DNA of 64,000 nt from the NCBI RefSeq assembly GCF_009914755.1, contig NC_060934.1. One strand, written 5' to 3'. The notes under the pieces are model-generated. The model saw nothing but the letters and a program-made list of their open reading frames with translations, was not told where the DNA came from and did not search any database. This DNA is from the human T2T-CHM13v2.0 reference genome, Homo sapiens. This document shows, in pieces, positions 29,801 to 42,590 of the stretch. Position numbers and translations under genes: made by a program. Within the stretch, counting starts at the first letter, position 1, and each line of letters begins with the position of its first letter.

Positions 29801-30769
29801 TAATTTCTAAGCCACTCTCTCACACCCACTCCCCTATTTTGTTAAAAACCAGTTATATGGCTATATTTTTTCCAAGAGAACCAGTTACCCATTTGAAGTA
29901 CAAATAAAACATCATGTTTAAAAACCAAAAATGCCAATTTGCACAGAAGTTTACAAATACCCAGTCGATTTGAGCCTTGAGAATAAGATCAAGCTGTTGG
30001 CTAAATACAACTTCCCTTTTCATCTGCCTGCCGGTGAGTTAGACACAAGGACGAAGCCACCAGCTAGGGACATGAAGGCAGGAACCACCAAGGTAACCGA
30101 GACTCCAAATAAAAGCTCAAGGGACCAACACAAAGGTACCACACCCCACACCCTCCTCTCCTTCCTTTTCAGAACTTCCACAGGATGAAACAGGGACCTC
30201 TCCTCAGACGTCCCACAGTGCAGGCAGCCAGAGGGGAAGACAGCGGCGGCCTGAATGAGGCGACCAGGAAATCACATTCCACAAACAGCAGAAAGTCTCC
30301 ATGTGCTTTACATCTTGTCTCTGAAGAACGATGCGAGTCTAAGTCGCCAGAAAACCATATTCAAGTGTCATTTCACATTTCAAGCGAAGAAAACAGTGGT
30401 AGGGCATGAGGGAGACACATTCATAGCCATGTGTTCTGGGGTATTCAACAAGAGGTTTTTTTCTGTTATAAACGTATAATTAGACATTCTCACATTTCTG
30501 TATAATTGATATTTCTGCTAATTAGGAAGCATATTAATATAAAGTGAATTCCAAGTGTAATAATCGGAGGACCCATTCAGATGACTTCAGGTTCTGCTGT
30601 GTTTCAACTGAAGAAAATGGTTCTGTGTATTGGTAACAAGGCGTGACAGTTTGTGTGGCTGTAATGAGGGCTCATGTTGCCTCCGTAGCAGCGGATGTTA
30701 TATCACCACATTATCTTCTACAAAAAATCCTGAAAAAAATGAAGGCTGAATAGACATACATACCCTCCC

Positions 30770-30850
30770 AAAATAATCCAAATGTCCATCGATACGAAAA
30801 CAGATGAATGACGGTTTGTTCCCACCATGGAATATTCCTCAGCAGTGAAA
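30770..30850 (+). mobile_element. Short old L1 3'-region fragment
   Basis: CCAAATGTCCATC...ATGGAATATTCCTCAGCAGTGAAA. Confidence 0.5.
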
Positions 30851-31441
30851 ATAAACTATAGCCACAGGTACCAACTAGCATAAAGAAAATATTTTTAAAA
30901 TGCTTAAAGTGAACTGACTAGGTGGAATTCCTCGATTACAGGTGTCTGCTTAGAAAGGGTATGGTTCTGAATTCCTGGGATTCAGAAACTAATTAGCAAC
31001 CCTGTTTGGAGGCACATCTAGAAAAAAGCAAAATAATGACAACACTATTTTTAATTCTTTGTAAATTATAACTATTACTATGAAAATTCTAAAAATGTGA
31101 AATTTTTCCCAACTGTTCCTTTGACAAGCTTCAAAATAAATACCATGAGAATACAGCTCCAGTTAAGTTAGTAGAATGGAAACCTGAAGATGTACGAGCC
31201 GTCCCTGCTCGTGTAGAAATCTGAGAGCAGGTATGACACTGCAAGGCTCAAACCAACTGGGTATTTGGAAACTTCTGTGCAAAATGGCATTTTTGGTTTT
31301 TAAACACGAGGTCACTGTTATTTGTACTTCAAACAGGTAACAGTTTGGTTCTCTTGGAAGAAATACAGCCATAAAACTGGTTTTAAAAATATATATATGG
31401 GAGTGGGTATGAGAGAGTAGCTTACAAATTATGCCAGTAGT

Positions 31442-31486
31442 GGCCGGGAACGGTGGCTCATGCCTGCAATCCCAGCACTGAGAGGC
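31442..31486 (+). mobile_element. Alu 5'-end fragment (~45 bp)
   Basis: GGCCGGGAACGGTGGCTCATGCCTGCAATCCCAGCACT, then unrelated sequence. Confidence 0.75.
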
Positions 31487-32713
31487 AGTCCCCACACCTT
31501 TGAGGGCACTGGTCTCCTCTGCCGCCTTCCTGCAGGACCAACCCCAGGACACTCACTGGGTTTCCATCCCTGCCTCATTCAACATCCCCCCGGGGTGGTC
31601 TCATCGTCATCTGGGGCTCAGCTCTGCCCCACTTTCCTAAATCTGACTTCAGAGCCTGCAAACACCCACGCCCAGTGTAACCCTAAGTCCACGTTTACCC
31701 CAGAGAGTCCCAATTTTATATGTTTTCCCAACATCACCTTAGTGATAATTTATCCTGTAAATTCCAACTGCCTTCACACCTCACCCCCGCTGTCTCCCAG
31801 CAGACCCCACACCCGGGTCTGTGCATGCCGCCCTGCTCTGCCCACGCGGGACCCCCCCCCCCCACCCTTTCTGGAGGAATCAGCTGGCGATCATCTCCTC
31901 GTGGAAGGCTGCCCTGACTTCCAACCCTCTCCAGCAGAGGCAGGGGCCCTCCTCGGTACTTCCCCCCAAAAGCTGGGCCAAGCATGGAGACGGCACATAT
32001 CCTAGCTGTGCCTGGGATGTCACGGGCGGGGTCCCCAGATGCTCTGCACACGGCCTGGGGCACCACCTGAACACAGCAAGTGCTGAAGAAATAAAACCGA
32101 CATGCACTGACCTCCGATAGGGCCTCCTTTACCATCCACATCCGTCTCCCCTCTGGACAGTAAAGTCCACAAGAAAGGGAGAGCTTGTCTCACTCACCTT
32201 CAAATTCCCAGGGTCACCCTGGCAGGTAAAGGGGACTCGAATGTCTTCTGAAAGCAGCAGCTGGTTAGCTGCCGAGTTAAAGGGCCTCTGAATTTCAGAG
32301 CTCTGTGTAGGAGTCCAGCACACTTTATCATGAATGACTCCAACCACGGCGGAACTGGCCGTGGAACCAGTGCCAACCAATTCAGGGTGTGTTCACCGTT
32401 TCTCAGTTCATTATCACAACTCACTAACAGAGCAGCCGTGCACAGATCCTCAGACGTTTACGCAGTGGGATGACAGAGGGGCCGACGGTGCTGAGTCACG
32501 TGAAGGTCCCGTTGCAGACTGGGAGAGAACGGCCAGACATGGACCCAGGGAGAGCACAGACCTCGGTTAAGTCAGCTCCATGTAAATAGCACTCCTGCCA
32601 GGCCCTTTCCTATCTGCACAGCTTCTACAAATTCAACTCTCACACCTGACACCTAAGAATACTGCACAACCCCACATGAAACTCCCCACTTACCTCCCAA
32701 AATGACCTGGCAC

Positions 32714-32991
32714 GGCCGAGTACAAACCATTTCAACATAAGGGAACATGGCCAAGTACAAACCATTTCAACATAAGGGAACATGGCCGAGTACAAACCAT
32801 TTCAACATAAGGGAACATGGCCGAGTACAAACCATTTCAACGTAAGGGAACATGGCCGAGTACAAACCATTTCAACGTAAGGGAACATGGCCGAGTACAG
32901 ACCATTTCAACGTAAGAGAACATGGCTGAGTACAAATCATTTTAACATAAGGGAACGTGGCTGAGTATAAACCATTTCAACGTAAGGGAAC
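32714..32991. repeat. 35-bp minisatellite, ~8 copies
   Basis: GGCCGAGTACAAACCATTTCAAC(A/G)TAAGGGAACAT. Confidence 0.96.
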
Positions 32992-33985
32992 TGGAGGGCA
33001 CGTGGTGCTTTCTCGAGTCCCTGGCTGCTTCCTGACAGGAAGGCCCAATGCTTCAACACCCCTAGTGAAGGGCAGGTCTCGTCGGCCCCCTCAGAGTCAA
33101 GAAAACCCATGTTCACTTTCTCAAGACCACACACAACCGAGCCGCAAACCAGGGCGGAATCTCGACTCTCCGGGTTCAGATCATGTCGAATTTACGACCT
33201 GCTGCTGTGGACACTGCAGGAAATGATGAGCCTGATTCGGGCTTTGACCTTGAGCTAATTAGCATTAGCTAATTTCACTTCCCAGGACCAACTTCCAAGG
33301 CCTGCAAAGCCAGAGAAGGGAGAGGAGACAGAACACGCCCTCACCGCAGACCTGGTGCAAAGCACGCACTTCTCAGATGTGTCCCAAGGTGCAGTGTGTC
33401 CGATGCCCGTTCACATCCACCGACCCGCAGGTCTTCTACATGGCATCAGCCTCCTGGGCACTCGGGACAAGAGGTAAAATGGCAAATCCCCTCTGCAGCA
33501 AAGGCGAGGCGCAGGGCCCACACGGAATCAAAATGACCTTTTTCTGACAGTCTCAAAACAAAGAAAATACTGTACAGCCAACGTCCCCTCACGCAGGTTT
33601 ACTCACCTGTGACTCGTGGGCCATGACAGAAAACTTCAGGTTCTTATTAGTTCCTATTTTCCCCATCCAGGAAGCCTTTGGTTTTAATATACAAACTTGC
33701 CATTTTGTAGGCCAAAAACAGCCAAATATTGGCAGTTTCCTATGGTTCAACTGAATAAAATATGACCACAACCTTTTGTGAAACCATGAAGAAAAAGTGA
33801 GTATCTCAATATGTGTTTCCAGACTGTGGCTTTGTCCCTGAAGCACTAACTCTTCTCACTCAGGATTTGAGACACTGAAGAACAAACATCAATATCCCAC
33901 CAAGAGAACTGAAAGAATGAAATGATTTTGCATCTACCTTGAAGCCTTTTTAGAACAAGGCAGGACACAAACTTTTAAAAAGCTC

Positions 33986-34203
33986 CAGTTGTCCCTCCAT
34001 CTACACAGGGACATCGGTTCCAGGACACCCCGGGTTTACCGAAATCCACGCGTCCGCAGGACCCGCGCCCACCCTGTGGAGCTGCATGTAGGAAATGTCG
34101 GCCCTCCACAAAGTCAGGTTTTTTCAATAAGGGTTTGGTTGGGAAAAAAAATTAACGTAAATGATCCTTCGAAGCTCAAGCCCATGTTGTTCAGGGTCAG
34201 CCG
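33986..34203 (+). mobile_element. MER8-like TcMar-Tigger non-autonomous element
   Basis: Termini CAGTTGTCCCTC and CCCATGTTGTTCAGGGTCAGCCG, plus internal GGTTCCAGGAC and GTCGGCCCTCC, match the recalled MER8 consensus. Confidence 0.7.
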
Positions 34204-34592
34204 CACTTACTACTTGTGTCATAATCTGAGGCCTGACAGCCATCGTTCTTGATAAAGGGATGGTTAACAAACTAACTGTTCTGATTAGAAAGCGGAGGAA
34301 AAAGCTTATTTTTAAGCCGACAAAGAGTGGACACTGCTATGGTGAATGGAAAACAGACGTAAATAAGCACCAAGGCTGGGGTGACTGCCTGTGCTCAGAC
34401 CCACTAAGGCCTGTTCCTCCGCCTCCCTCTGCTCAAACGGATAACTCCTTCCCCACGGCTAAAGGACCTTTTTTAAAGATTCACGCGAGAAGTGCTATGA
34501 AAAGCTGAAAGGTCACAGATAACGTTTTAAAAAATAAAAGTAACCTAAGTATTGAACAAGCCCATTATAAATGATAAAAAATGATATTAAGT

Positions 34593-34896
<304 letters not shown>

Positions 34897-37800
34897 TTAA
34901 GTTTTCCTTCCAATGAACCTATCATTCTGCCACCGAGGTATCCTATAGGTACTTATTCAGCCATGAGATACATCACAGGAGACGTAGGTGAATAGGACAC
35001 AGTTCCTCCCTGACAGAAGGCTGCACCCCAAGGAAGGAAGGCACATACTGTGAATGGAATCGGCATAGGGAACAGATGCTGCGGGAAGTGGAACTGGCTT
35101 CACAGAGCACCCGGCTCAAGCGTCTGAGAAATAAGGAGCCATTGGTGGCATCACCTGTGCCTGAGCTGGGGTGGTGGGGAGCCTGTCATCACCACCACTG
35201 CCCAGGACAAAGACACCCAGAACCACACAATGAGCTTTCAAGCTCACCAAGGCGATGACTGAGCAATGCGCATAGTGACGCGAACATGCAGACATGAGGG
35301 CCACACGTGGCATTGGTTTTGTGTATCGACCTGAGTGGGCCCCGGGGTGCCCAGGTGGCTGGTTCTGCATTATTTCTGTGTGAGATGTGTGTTTGCCTCT
35401 GGACTGAGTGGAGACTAAGTGGAGACCCATCCTCGCCAGTGTAGGGGGCACCACCCTGTCCACCCAGGGCTCCAGGGCTCGAGTAAAACAGCAAGGCGGG
35501 GAAGGCTGGGCTCGCTCCACCTGTCTGGCTGCAGGCCAGTGGCATCCGTCTTCTGCCCCCGGTGCTCCTGGGTCTCAGCTCCTCAGACCTGGGTGGGATC
35601 TGCACCCTCCGCTTCTCAAGCCTTTGAGCCACACCCTCCCAGGCCTCCAGGTTGCAGGCAGTGGGTCCTGGGGCTTCTTGGCCTCCGTAGCCCCTGCAGC
35701 AAGCCTCCCCCTGGACACACACACACCGGGCTGGCTCTGTCTCTCTGGAGAGCCCTGACTAAGCTGCCCCTAGAAGTGGTCTTCAGAGTTTCCTTCTAGC
35801 CCCAATATCCCAGTGCCCCCTACAATTCTAGGTGGAAAGGTGAATGGAGACCTGGTGAATGGAGACCAATGGACAGAGGTGTGTGCCGAGGACACGCTGG
35901 GCAGCAGGGCTGGGCAGGAGTGCACTAACGCTGTCACTATGCAAAGAATCAATGTCACTTGCCACAAAAATGAGAACAGTAAAGATTCCTTCAAACAGAA
36001 ATGAGTTTGTTTCATGATTTGCTCTTAATACGTAAGAAATCATAAAAGTAGGCCTACTAACAATTACGTAAGTCTTCAGAGGCTCCTGAACTACTTCTGT
36101 CCCTTCATGTTTTTATACAAAATAAGCTTGAGGTTAAAGAGAATAACGTCACTGGCCACAGCTGGGGCCACACGAGGACACAGCTTACACCCATGAGGTC
36201 CTAGGGGTCCTGAGTCCTTTCCTGGCTATTTATGGAAATACGGGAGAAACCAGGAGGTCTGAACGTGGACCTGGCCATGCCCCCAGGGGCCAAGGAAAGC
36301 ACCCATCTGTCCACTCTTCCCTCTACCCCACGGTTCCCTACCTGGACTCTGGGGCTGACGTGGCTTCATGCACTCAGCAGCGCCATCATTAAACGTTTAG
36401 GAGGGCCTCCTCTAACCACCGCTGGACCTGCAGAGTCAGCACAAGTCTGCAGGACACGCGTGGACAAGGCTGATGGATCACGGCCTCCCACGAGGAAAGT
36501 GCCAGGCAAAGAGTCGGAGACACCAGGGATGGAGCAGCACTCACTGGGGGAGGCCAAGGCCGGCACCGGCCACCACCGAGGGCCACGAGGGCCTCCCTCC
36601 CCACCCCAAGGGCAGCTCACCCAGGAAGGTGAAAGCCGGCACCGGCCACCAAGGGCCTCTCTTCCCACCCCGAGGGCAGCTGCGATCACATTTCCCATCG
36701 CACCAAGAGACCCCTGCATTGAGCACAAACCTTTCCAACCTTCAAATCAATGAAGAATCACAACATGGACATTCCCTCAATCCATATGGCCAGCCCACAA
36801 AACCAACATGCAATCATCACATGCATTTCCTGTGGGAAAGTCAGTCTCAGTCCGAGGCCTCGCGACAGGGGTAGGGGAGCATCATGGGGAGAGGCCCCAG
36901 CCTGGCTCCTCCCCCCACAGCTCCTCTTCCCTCTGCTCCTCACACCACCCCTCCCCACCCCCTCCTAGCTTCAGAGGCTGCTTCCTCAAATTCTTTCCCC
37001 TTGATGAAGTCATTCATTCCCCAAATACAAAGCAATTAAAGGCATGAGAGCTCAAGAGAAAATCCACACCGTGGCTTGTGTTTTAGATTCTCTTAAGTTT
37101 GAGAATAACCAAGCAAGAATCTTTGGCATCTGAATGTGGTCTGAAGGCATCTGAGCAAAAGGCCTGGCCCCAGCCCGGAGTGGGTCATGGGTGTCTCCGA
37201 CATCTTTGTAACTCTGCATCAATTATTTTGAAACATCACTAGCAGAATAGAGCCATGTGAATAGTTACTTTTCTGTTAAAAGTAGAAAAGACTGCCTCAA
37301 GGAACATCCTTCCAACAACGACTTTCTGCATCGAGCCTTTGAGGCACAGGCACGGCCCCCGGGCCCACCTCCCTCATCCTTGCATCATAAAGCGGCGAAG
37401 ACCGTGTGGAATAAAGTAAGTGAAGGAGTCAGTCCCTCACAAAACAGGCTCCAGAAGCCACAGCCACTCTCCCAGCGTGGGAGCCAAGTTAGAGACCCAG
37501 AAACCCCAGCGTTCCCAGGGAGGAGGGCAGAATAATGCCATTTCCCCCTAGTTTAGGGAGACAGCACCCCACATCCTCTGGTCTCAACAGAATGGTTAGA
37601 ATGAATCCACCACACACAGAAAGTGGGCTAAGGGCTTACTAAGACACCCATTTAAATACCCGGCAAAAACACGTTACAGGAACACACAGGTAAGTGAGTT
37701 TCTCCTATTATCCATGAAATATTTAGAAACAAATCCAGCAAGCAATCTCTTTGCAATCAAAAGACCAATTCAGAGTTGCAGATTAAACATCAAGATACAA

Positions 37801-38790
37801 CTGAACCCTTACTAGACCAAGAACAAACCAAGTTCCATGGAAGTATAATCATGTCACCACTTCCCAGTCGAAGGAAGCAGCAGTGGTCATCTGACCAGCT
37901 GTTCACTCGTGGGTCAGTGAACGAAAGGCAGTGCTGTTCAGGAAAATGACGACATGTTAACCTGAAAAGGGCAAAATCGCAGAGGCTGGAGGGACCTTCC
38001 AGGTAACCCAGCACCCTCAGTGGACAGAGGACCCCCTGGGGCCACAGAGCCCAGAGCTCCAGTGCATTCGGAGCAAGTACTCAACTGCAACCCTCATGTC
38101 CCAACGGGCCCTTTTTTAAGATTCCGGATGTAAATGCGGTTGTCATCCTGCTTTTGAGGAGAGGGGACGAGCTGTGTTTTAAGCATGAACAGACTTTCCT
38201 CCATGCACTGAGGATGCACTGTGGGGGACAGTGCTGCCGCCGCCTCCCCAGTCTCTGCTCAGTGTGGGACAGGGGGAGCTCATCCATCTCCTGTGTACAC
38301 CTCAAGAGGCCGGGTGTGCAGGAGGGGGCTTCCAGGACTCTCTCTAGGCCTTAGCAGGGCAGGCAGTGCCTCATGCCAGCGGGCATCCAGCGGCAAGGAG
38401 GTCTGCACTTCATTCCCCGGGCCCAGCTCCAGGCAGAGGGGAAAGAGGAACCTGTATCATAACTAACATGTATTTATGGGCACACAGAGACCCTGTAGTA
38501 CAAGGCACAGAACTAGAAGGAATCGTGGAAATAAGAGGGAAGACATTTGGTTACGACCGGCAGAGCCACCCCAAGCCTCTGCACTTCCTACTGGAACCCT
38601 CAGTGACCAGGTTCCTCTGGAGTCACTGCCGCTGCCTTGCCCAGTTCATGTCAGGGCAGATGGTGACACAGCCTCAGCACAACCTCCCACTCCTTCCTCA
38701 GCCAGCCCAGGGGATGAGCTGCTAATAAGAGTGTCCCAAAGCCTGAATGTGGGAACATGGAGGTGACTGAGCAGCAAGTGGGACGGCCAC

Positions 38791-39079
38791 GACAGCCCAG
38801 GGTGTGCAGATGCTCCGGAGCCACCCGACAGCCCTTTCCACCTTAAAGACGACGGCCCAGGGTGTTCGGATGCTCCGGAGCGACCCCACAAGCCCTGTCC
38901 ACCTTAAAGAGGACGGCCCAGGGTGTGCGGATGCTCCCGTGCGACCCCACAGCAGCCCTCTCCACCTTAAAGAGGGTTTCCGGATGCTCCTCAATGACCC
39001 GACAGCCCTTTCCACCTTAAAGAGGATGGCCCAGGGTGTGTGGATATTCCTGGGTGCCCCAGAGCGCTTTTCACCTTAA
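38791..39079. repeat. Diverged ~60-bp tandem repeat, ~5 copies
   Basis: GACGGCCCAGGGTGTGCGGATGCTCCGGAGCGACCC...GCCCTTTCCACCTTAAAGA. Confidence 0.88.
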
Positions 39080-40752
39080 GGAGATTTTCACAGTCTCATT
39101 TCATTCTCCAAACTATTCAGTGAGGTTGGAGGAGTATCGTTGTGGACAAACACTGATTGGCACCAAGTAAGGGCAATTTTATAACCACGTCTCAACCATA
39201 AGAGAATCAGGTCTTTGGCCATCTGGTCAAAGCTTTTTCTGTAACAAAGTTGGATAATTAAGTTGAACTTAGGTTTTCCAAAGCTTGTTACAGAAACCAC
39301 ATCTTCCCAGGTGTGGCTCTGTGGTGTCACGTGCACACATGGGTAGCCAGCCTTGCCAAGACTCATGGCACGTTACATGTTCACCTGAGAAGGCTGCTCA
39401 GTCAATCGTTGAGGGCTCTGGCGTACTCTGAAATGAATTTGCCACTTCAGCCTACACTCTTTACTCCCTTGTTTGGTTAAGAAAAACCAAAAGGCAGAAT
39501 TTGTTTTGGCCAATCGCCTGCTGCACCCAACTGTAGAGGTTTTAATTATAGTACTTTCATTGCATCATAGAAAGCAAAGTCATACAGATAAACTCATTAC
39601 CACTCCAAAGGTTCAGTAAATCTCTAGATAATCAGGCAAAAATTTTAGGAAGCTACATTAAGGTTTACAACACTCAAAATTTAAAACTACATCCATGCTT
39701 CAAAAACCACCATTCCCATTTTAGATGTCCAAAATGCATATGTCAAAGTAAGAAACGTGCTAAGTGCATTTTTTGTAATCTTACGGAGAAACTGCCGCTT
39801 TAAAACGGCACTAGTTCCTGGCTCCAGATGGATGTGGTGGGTTGGCTCACTCAATTTCAATTCTACCTGAAGCTGGGAAACTAAAAATGCATTCCCAGAC
39901 TCCAGGGCACGAGAGAATTCCCACTTCTGGAAACAGCCTGGAATGCAGACTTGTGGCAGAGACTTCCTTCCTGCCCACCCTAACTGTCCTCTGTGGAAGG
40001 CAACAAAGTCTACCCCGTAAGCAGAACTGCACCACGAAGGACCATTTCAAGGTGGGAGGCGCCCACTGCCCTGACTGCAGGCCTGCCAGCATCTCAGGGC
40101 CAGCCGAAACTGTTCTCTCCTTCACAGGGAAGGGGGAACAAGGCCAGGAGGAAGCGGCTGGGGACGCAGGCGATGGGGTGGCTGATCGGGGATCAGAGGT
40201 TTCCTCAGAGGCTGCCTGTTCTCCAGAGGGGCCTCAGGCTCGGGTAAGGAGAGAACGGGAGGAACCAAGATTTGGCTAACACGCGTTTTGTTCTGATTGA
40301 TCAGTGGGAACCGGCAGTTTAGCTAATCACTTATGAGGCAGAGAATGGGTGTTTGAAGTCCTGACTCTGGCCTTGTCCTTGGTAAAGGGTCACCTGCAAG
40401 TCAGCCTAAGCCACATGGGAAGGGGCTTTTTGCAGTAAATAAGGTCGGGGTGGGGGCGGGGAATGTCTTAACCATCACTGTTTACAGGATTTCAGGACTC
40501 AGGCAACGTTCAGTATTGTCACACACCAAGGTTTTTACAGTCTGAAGAAAACTCCTGCAGTCCTAAAGTGTCAGTTCTCAAAGCCCTTAAGTTCCTCCTG
40601 CTGATTCTGATTCCCAGAGGGTCTCCGCTTCTTGCACCGAACCCCAACTTGCACAGGCACCTGTGTCTTCCTCTTGCAGCAAATGCAGCTGAGAAGGCTG
40701 TGGCTCTGTGGCAGTAATGATACCATCGCAGCCCTAACACCACAGCAGAGCA

Positions 40753-41050
40753 ATGGCTCTGGCCTGAATGTCTGTCCCCAAAACCTCACGCACACTGAAG
40801 CAATCTCCGATGGGATACGTTAAAAGGTGTGGCCTTTGGGAGGCCTCGCTCTCAGGACCGGGGTTGGTGTCCTTGTTGGAAGGCCTGAAGGAGCCCTCCT
40901 GCTCCTCCGCCACGTGAGGCCCAGTGAGATGTTGCCGTCTGTGAGCAACAGGTCCTGGGGCACCAGATCTGCAGGCACCTTGACCTCGGACTTCCCAGCC
41001 TCCAGAGCTGTGAGCTACAGATCACCCAATCTACAGCAGCCCAGACAGTC
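40753..41050 (+). mobile_element. MaLR LTR (MLT1A-like)
   Basis: TGAATGTCTGTCCCCAAAA...GGCCTTTGGGAGG...GGCACCTTGACCTCGGACTTCCCAGCCTCCAGAGCTGTGAG. Confidence 0.75.
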
Positions 41051-41556
41051 ATGTTACAACATTAGCCACTTTCTCAGTGGGCCAGAGGCCTCCCGTGAGC
41101 CACCACCATAAAGCAAGAACTCCCTGGAGAATGGAAACGGGGTTCACAAGGAATTCTACCCAGAACCAGGGTGTCGATCCTTTTTCGCAGAAAGATAGCT
41201 GGGCCATGGCAGGAAACTACAGGGTGGGTGAGGCCGGACAGCAACATGTCACCTGCTCGTCTAAGCTTCAGTCTCCCGCCTCTCAACACAACAGTGGTGA
41301 TAACACCCCTCACCGGAGCCGTTGGGGGAGGCAAGAGTGCTGGGTGATTAACAATTGTTAGCTCCATAGAAATTAGGCAAAGAATCCACCCTACGTCTTA
41401 TAAAACCAAACCAGCCCAGGAATTCCACATCACCACTAATTTGCACGGGAAAATGCTGGATTATCATATGTAAGTTCTGGCATGTCATTTGTGTTAATAA
41501 AGTCTGCAGAGTTTTCATATACTAAGTATATAAAACAGGAAAATAAATCATGCAAT

Positions 41557-41664
41557 TTGGAGGCTGAGGCAGGAGAATCACTTGAGCACAGGGGGGCGGG
41601 GGTTGCAGTGAGCCGAGGCTGCGCCACTGTACTCCAATCTGGGTGACAGAATGAGACTCCATCT

Positions 41665-41699
<35 letters not shown>
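41557..41699 (+). mobile_element. 5'-truncated Alu (3' part of right arm) with 34-A tail
   Basis: GGAGGCTGAGGCAGGAGAATCACTTGA...GAGACTCCATCTC(A)34. Confidence 0.9.
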
Positions 41700-41701
<2 letters not shown>

Positions 41702-42084
41702 AACCATGAGATTTTGCTGCTTCATACTAGTAATGTGGGCAGATTCTATACCCCAACCCTTATTCAAAGGTCGCCTAACACTGACTCAGGACCTCTGTCT
41801 CTGATGTGCTTGAAGTTTTAATCCTAACACGTCATGTGTTAAAGACCACTCCCCCAGGAGCTCTGAACAAGTATATCAGGTATACCTGGAACAAGACCAT
41901 ACTGTGATCGAAATCTAACTTTAAAGACCCAAATCATAGAACCACAGAAGACACTGTTTCTGTCCAACTATCTGTTCTGCCATCGTTTGTGTCTATTTCC
42001 CACAAACCATCTCATTATAATTTAGGGCACACAAAAGGCTGATACAACAGGGTTACTTTTCAAAGGTCTGGAGGTGAATAGATA

Positions 42085-42590
42085 CAATGCATTAACTTCC
42101 TATTGCTGCTGCAACAAATTACCACACACGCAGACCTCCTCTCACAGCCCTGAAAGTCAGGAGTCCCAGGGCTGAAGTCAAGGGGTCAGTAGGCTGCATT
42201 CCTGCCTGGAGTCTCCCAAATCAGAGGCCACCATGCAGCTTGGCTCACAGCCCCACACCCCTCCGACCACTGCCCCAGCCTCAGCCCCACACCCCTCCGG
42301 CCCGGCACCCCTCCAACCACTGCCCCACCCTTGGCCCCAAGCCCCTCCGGCCCCAGCTCCCTCATCAGCCCCACAACACCACCCCACCCCCCAGCCCTGC
42401 CCTCAGCCCCACACCCCCTCTGGCCTCTACCTCATCCTCAGGTCTCCTCTGAGGCAGACCCTCGTACTCCCTCTCATCAAGGCATGTGTGTGAGGACACT
42501 GGACCCACCTGGACAATCCAGGGTCCTCCCCCATCTCACTGTCTGTTACGCAGTCACATCTCCAAAGCCTCTTTTGCCATGTAAACTTCA
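42085..42590 (-). mobile_element. MaLR LTR (MLT1C/D-like) with internal C-rich expansion
   Basis: TTCCTATTGCTGCTGCAACAAATTACCAC...GGACAATCCAGG...TCACATCTCCAAAGCCTCTTTTGCCATGTAA. Confidence 0.65.

Noticed and set aside
37651-37695. Plus-strand TTTAAATA followed by CAG/GTAAGT
   Set aside because: The spacing would give a first exon of ~10 nt, and an isolated consensus donor can occur by chance in 64 kb
39842-40279. 145-aa plus-strand ORF
   Set aside because: TTG start and no recognisable domain. Part resembles an old ERVL-type LTR word (AACTAAAAATGCATTCCCAGACTCC). ORFs this long arise by chance in GC-rich DNA.
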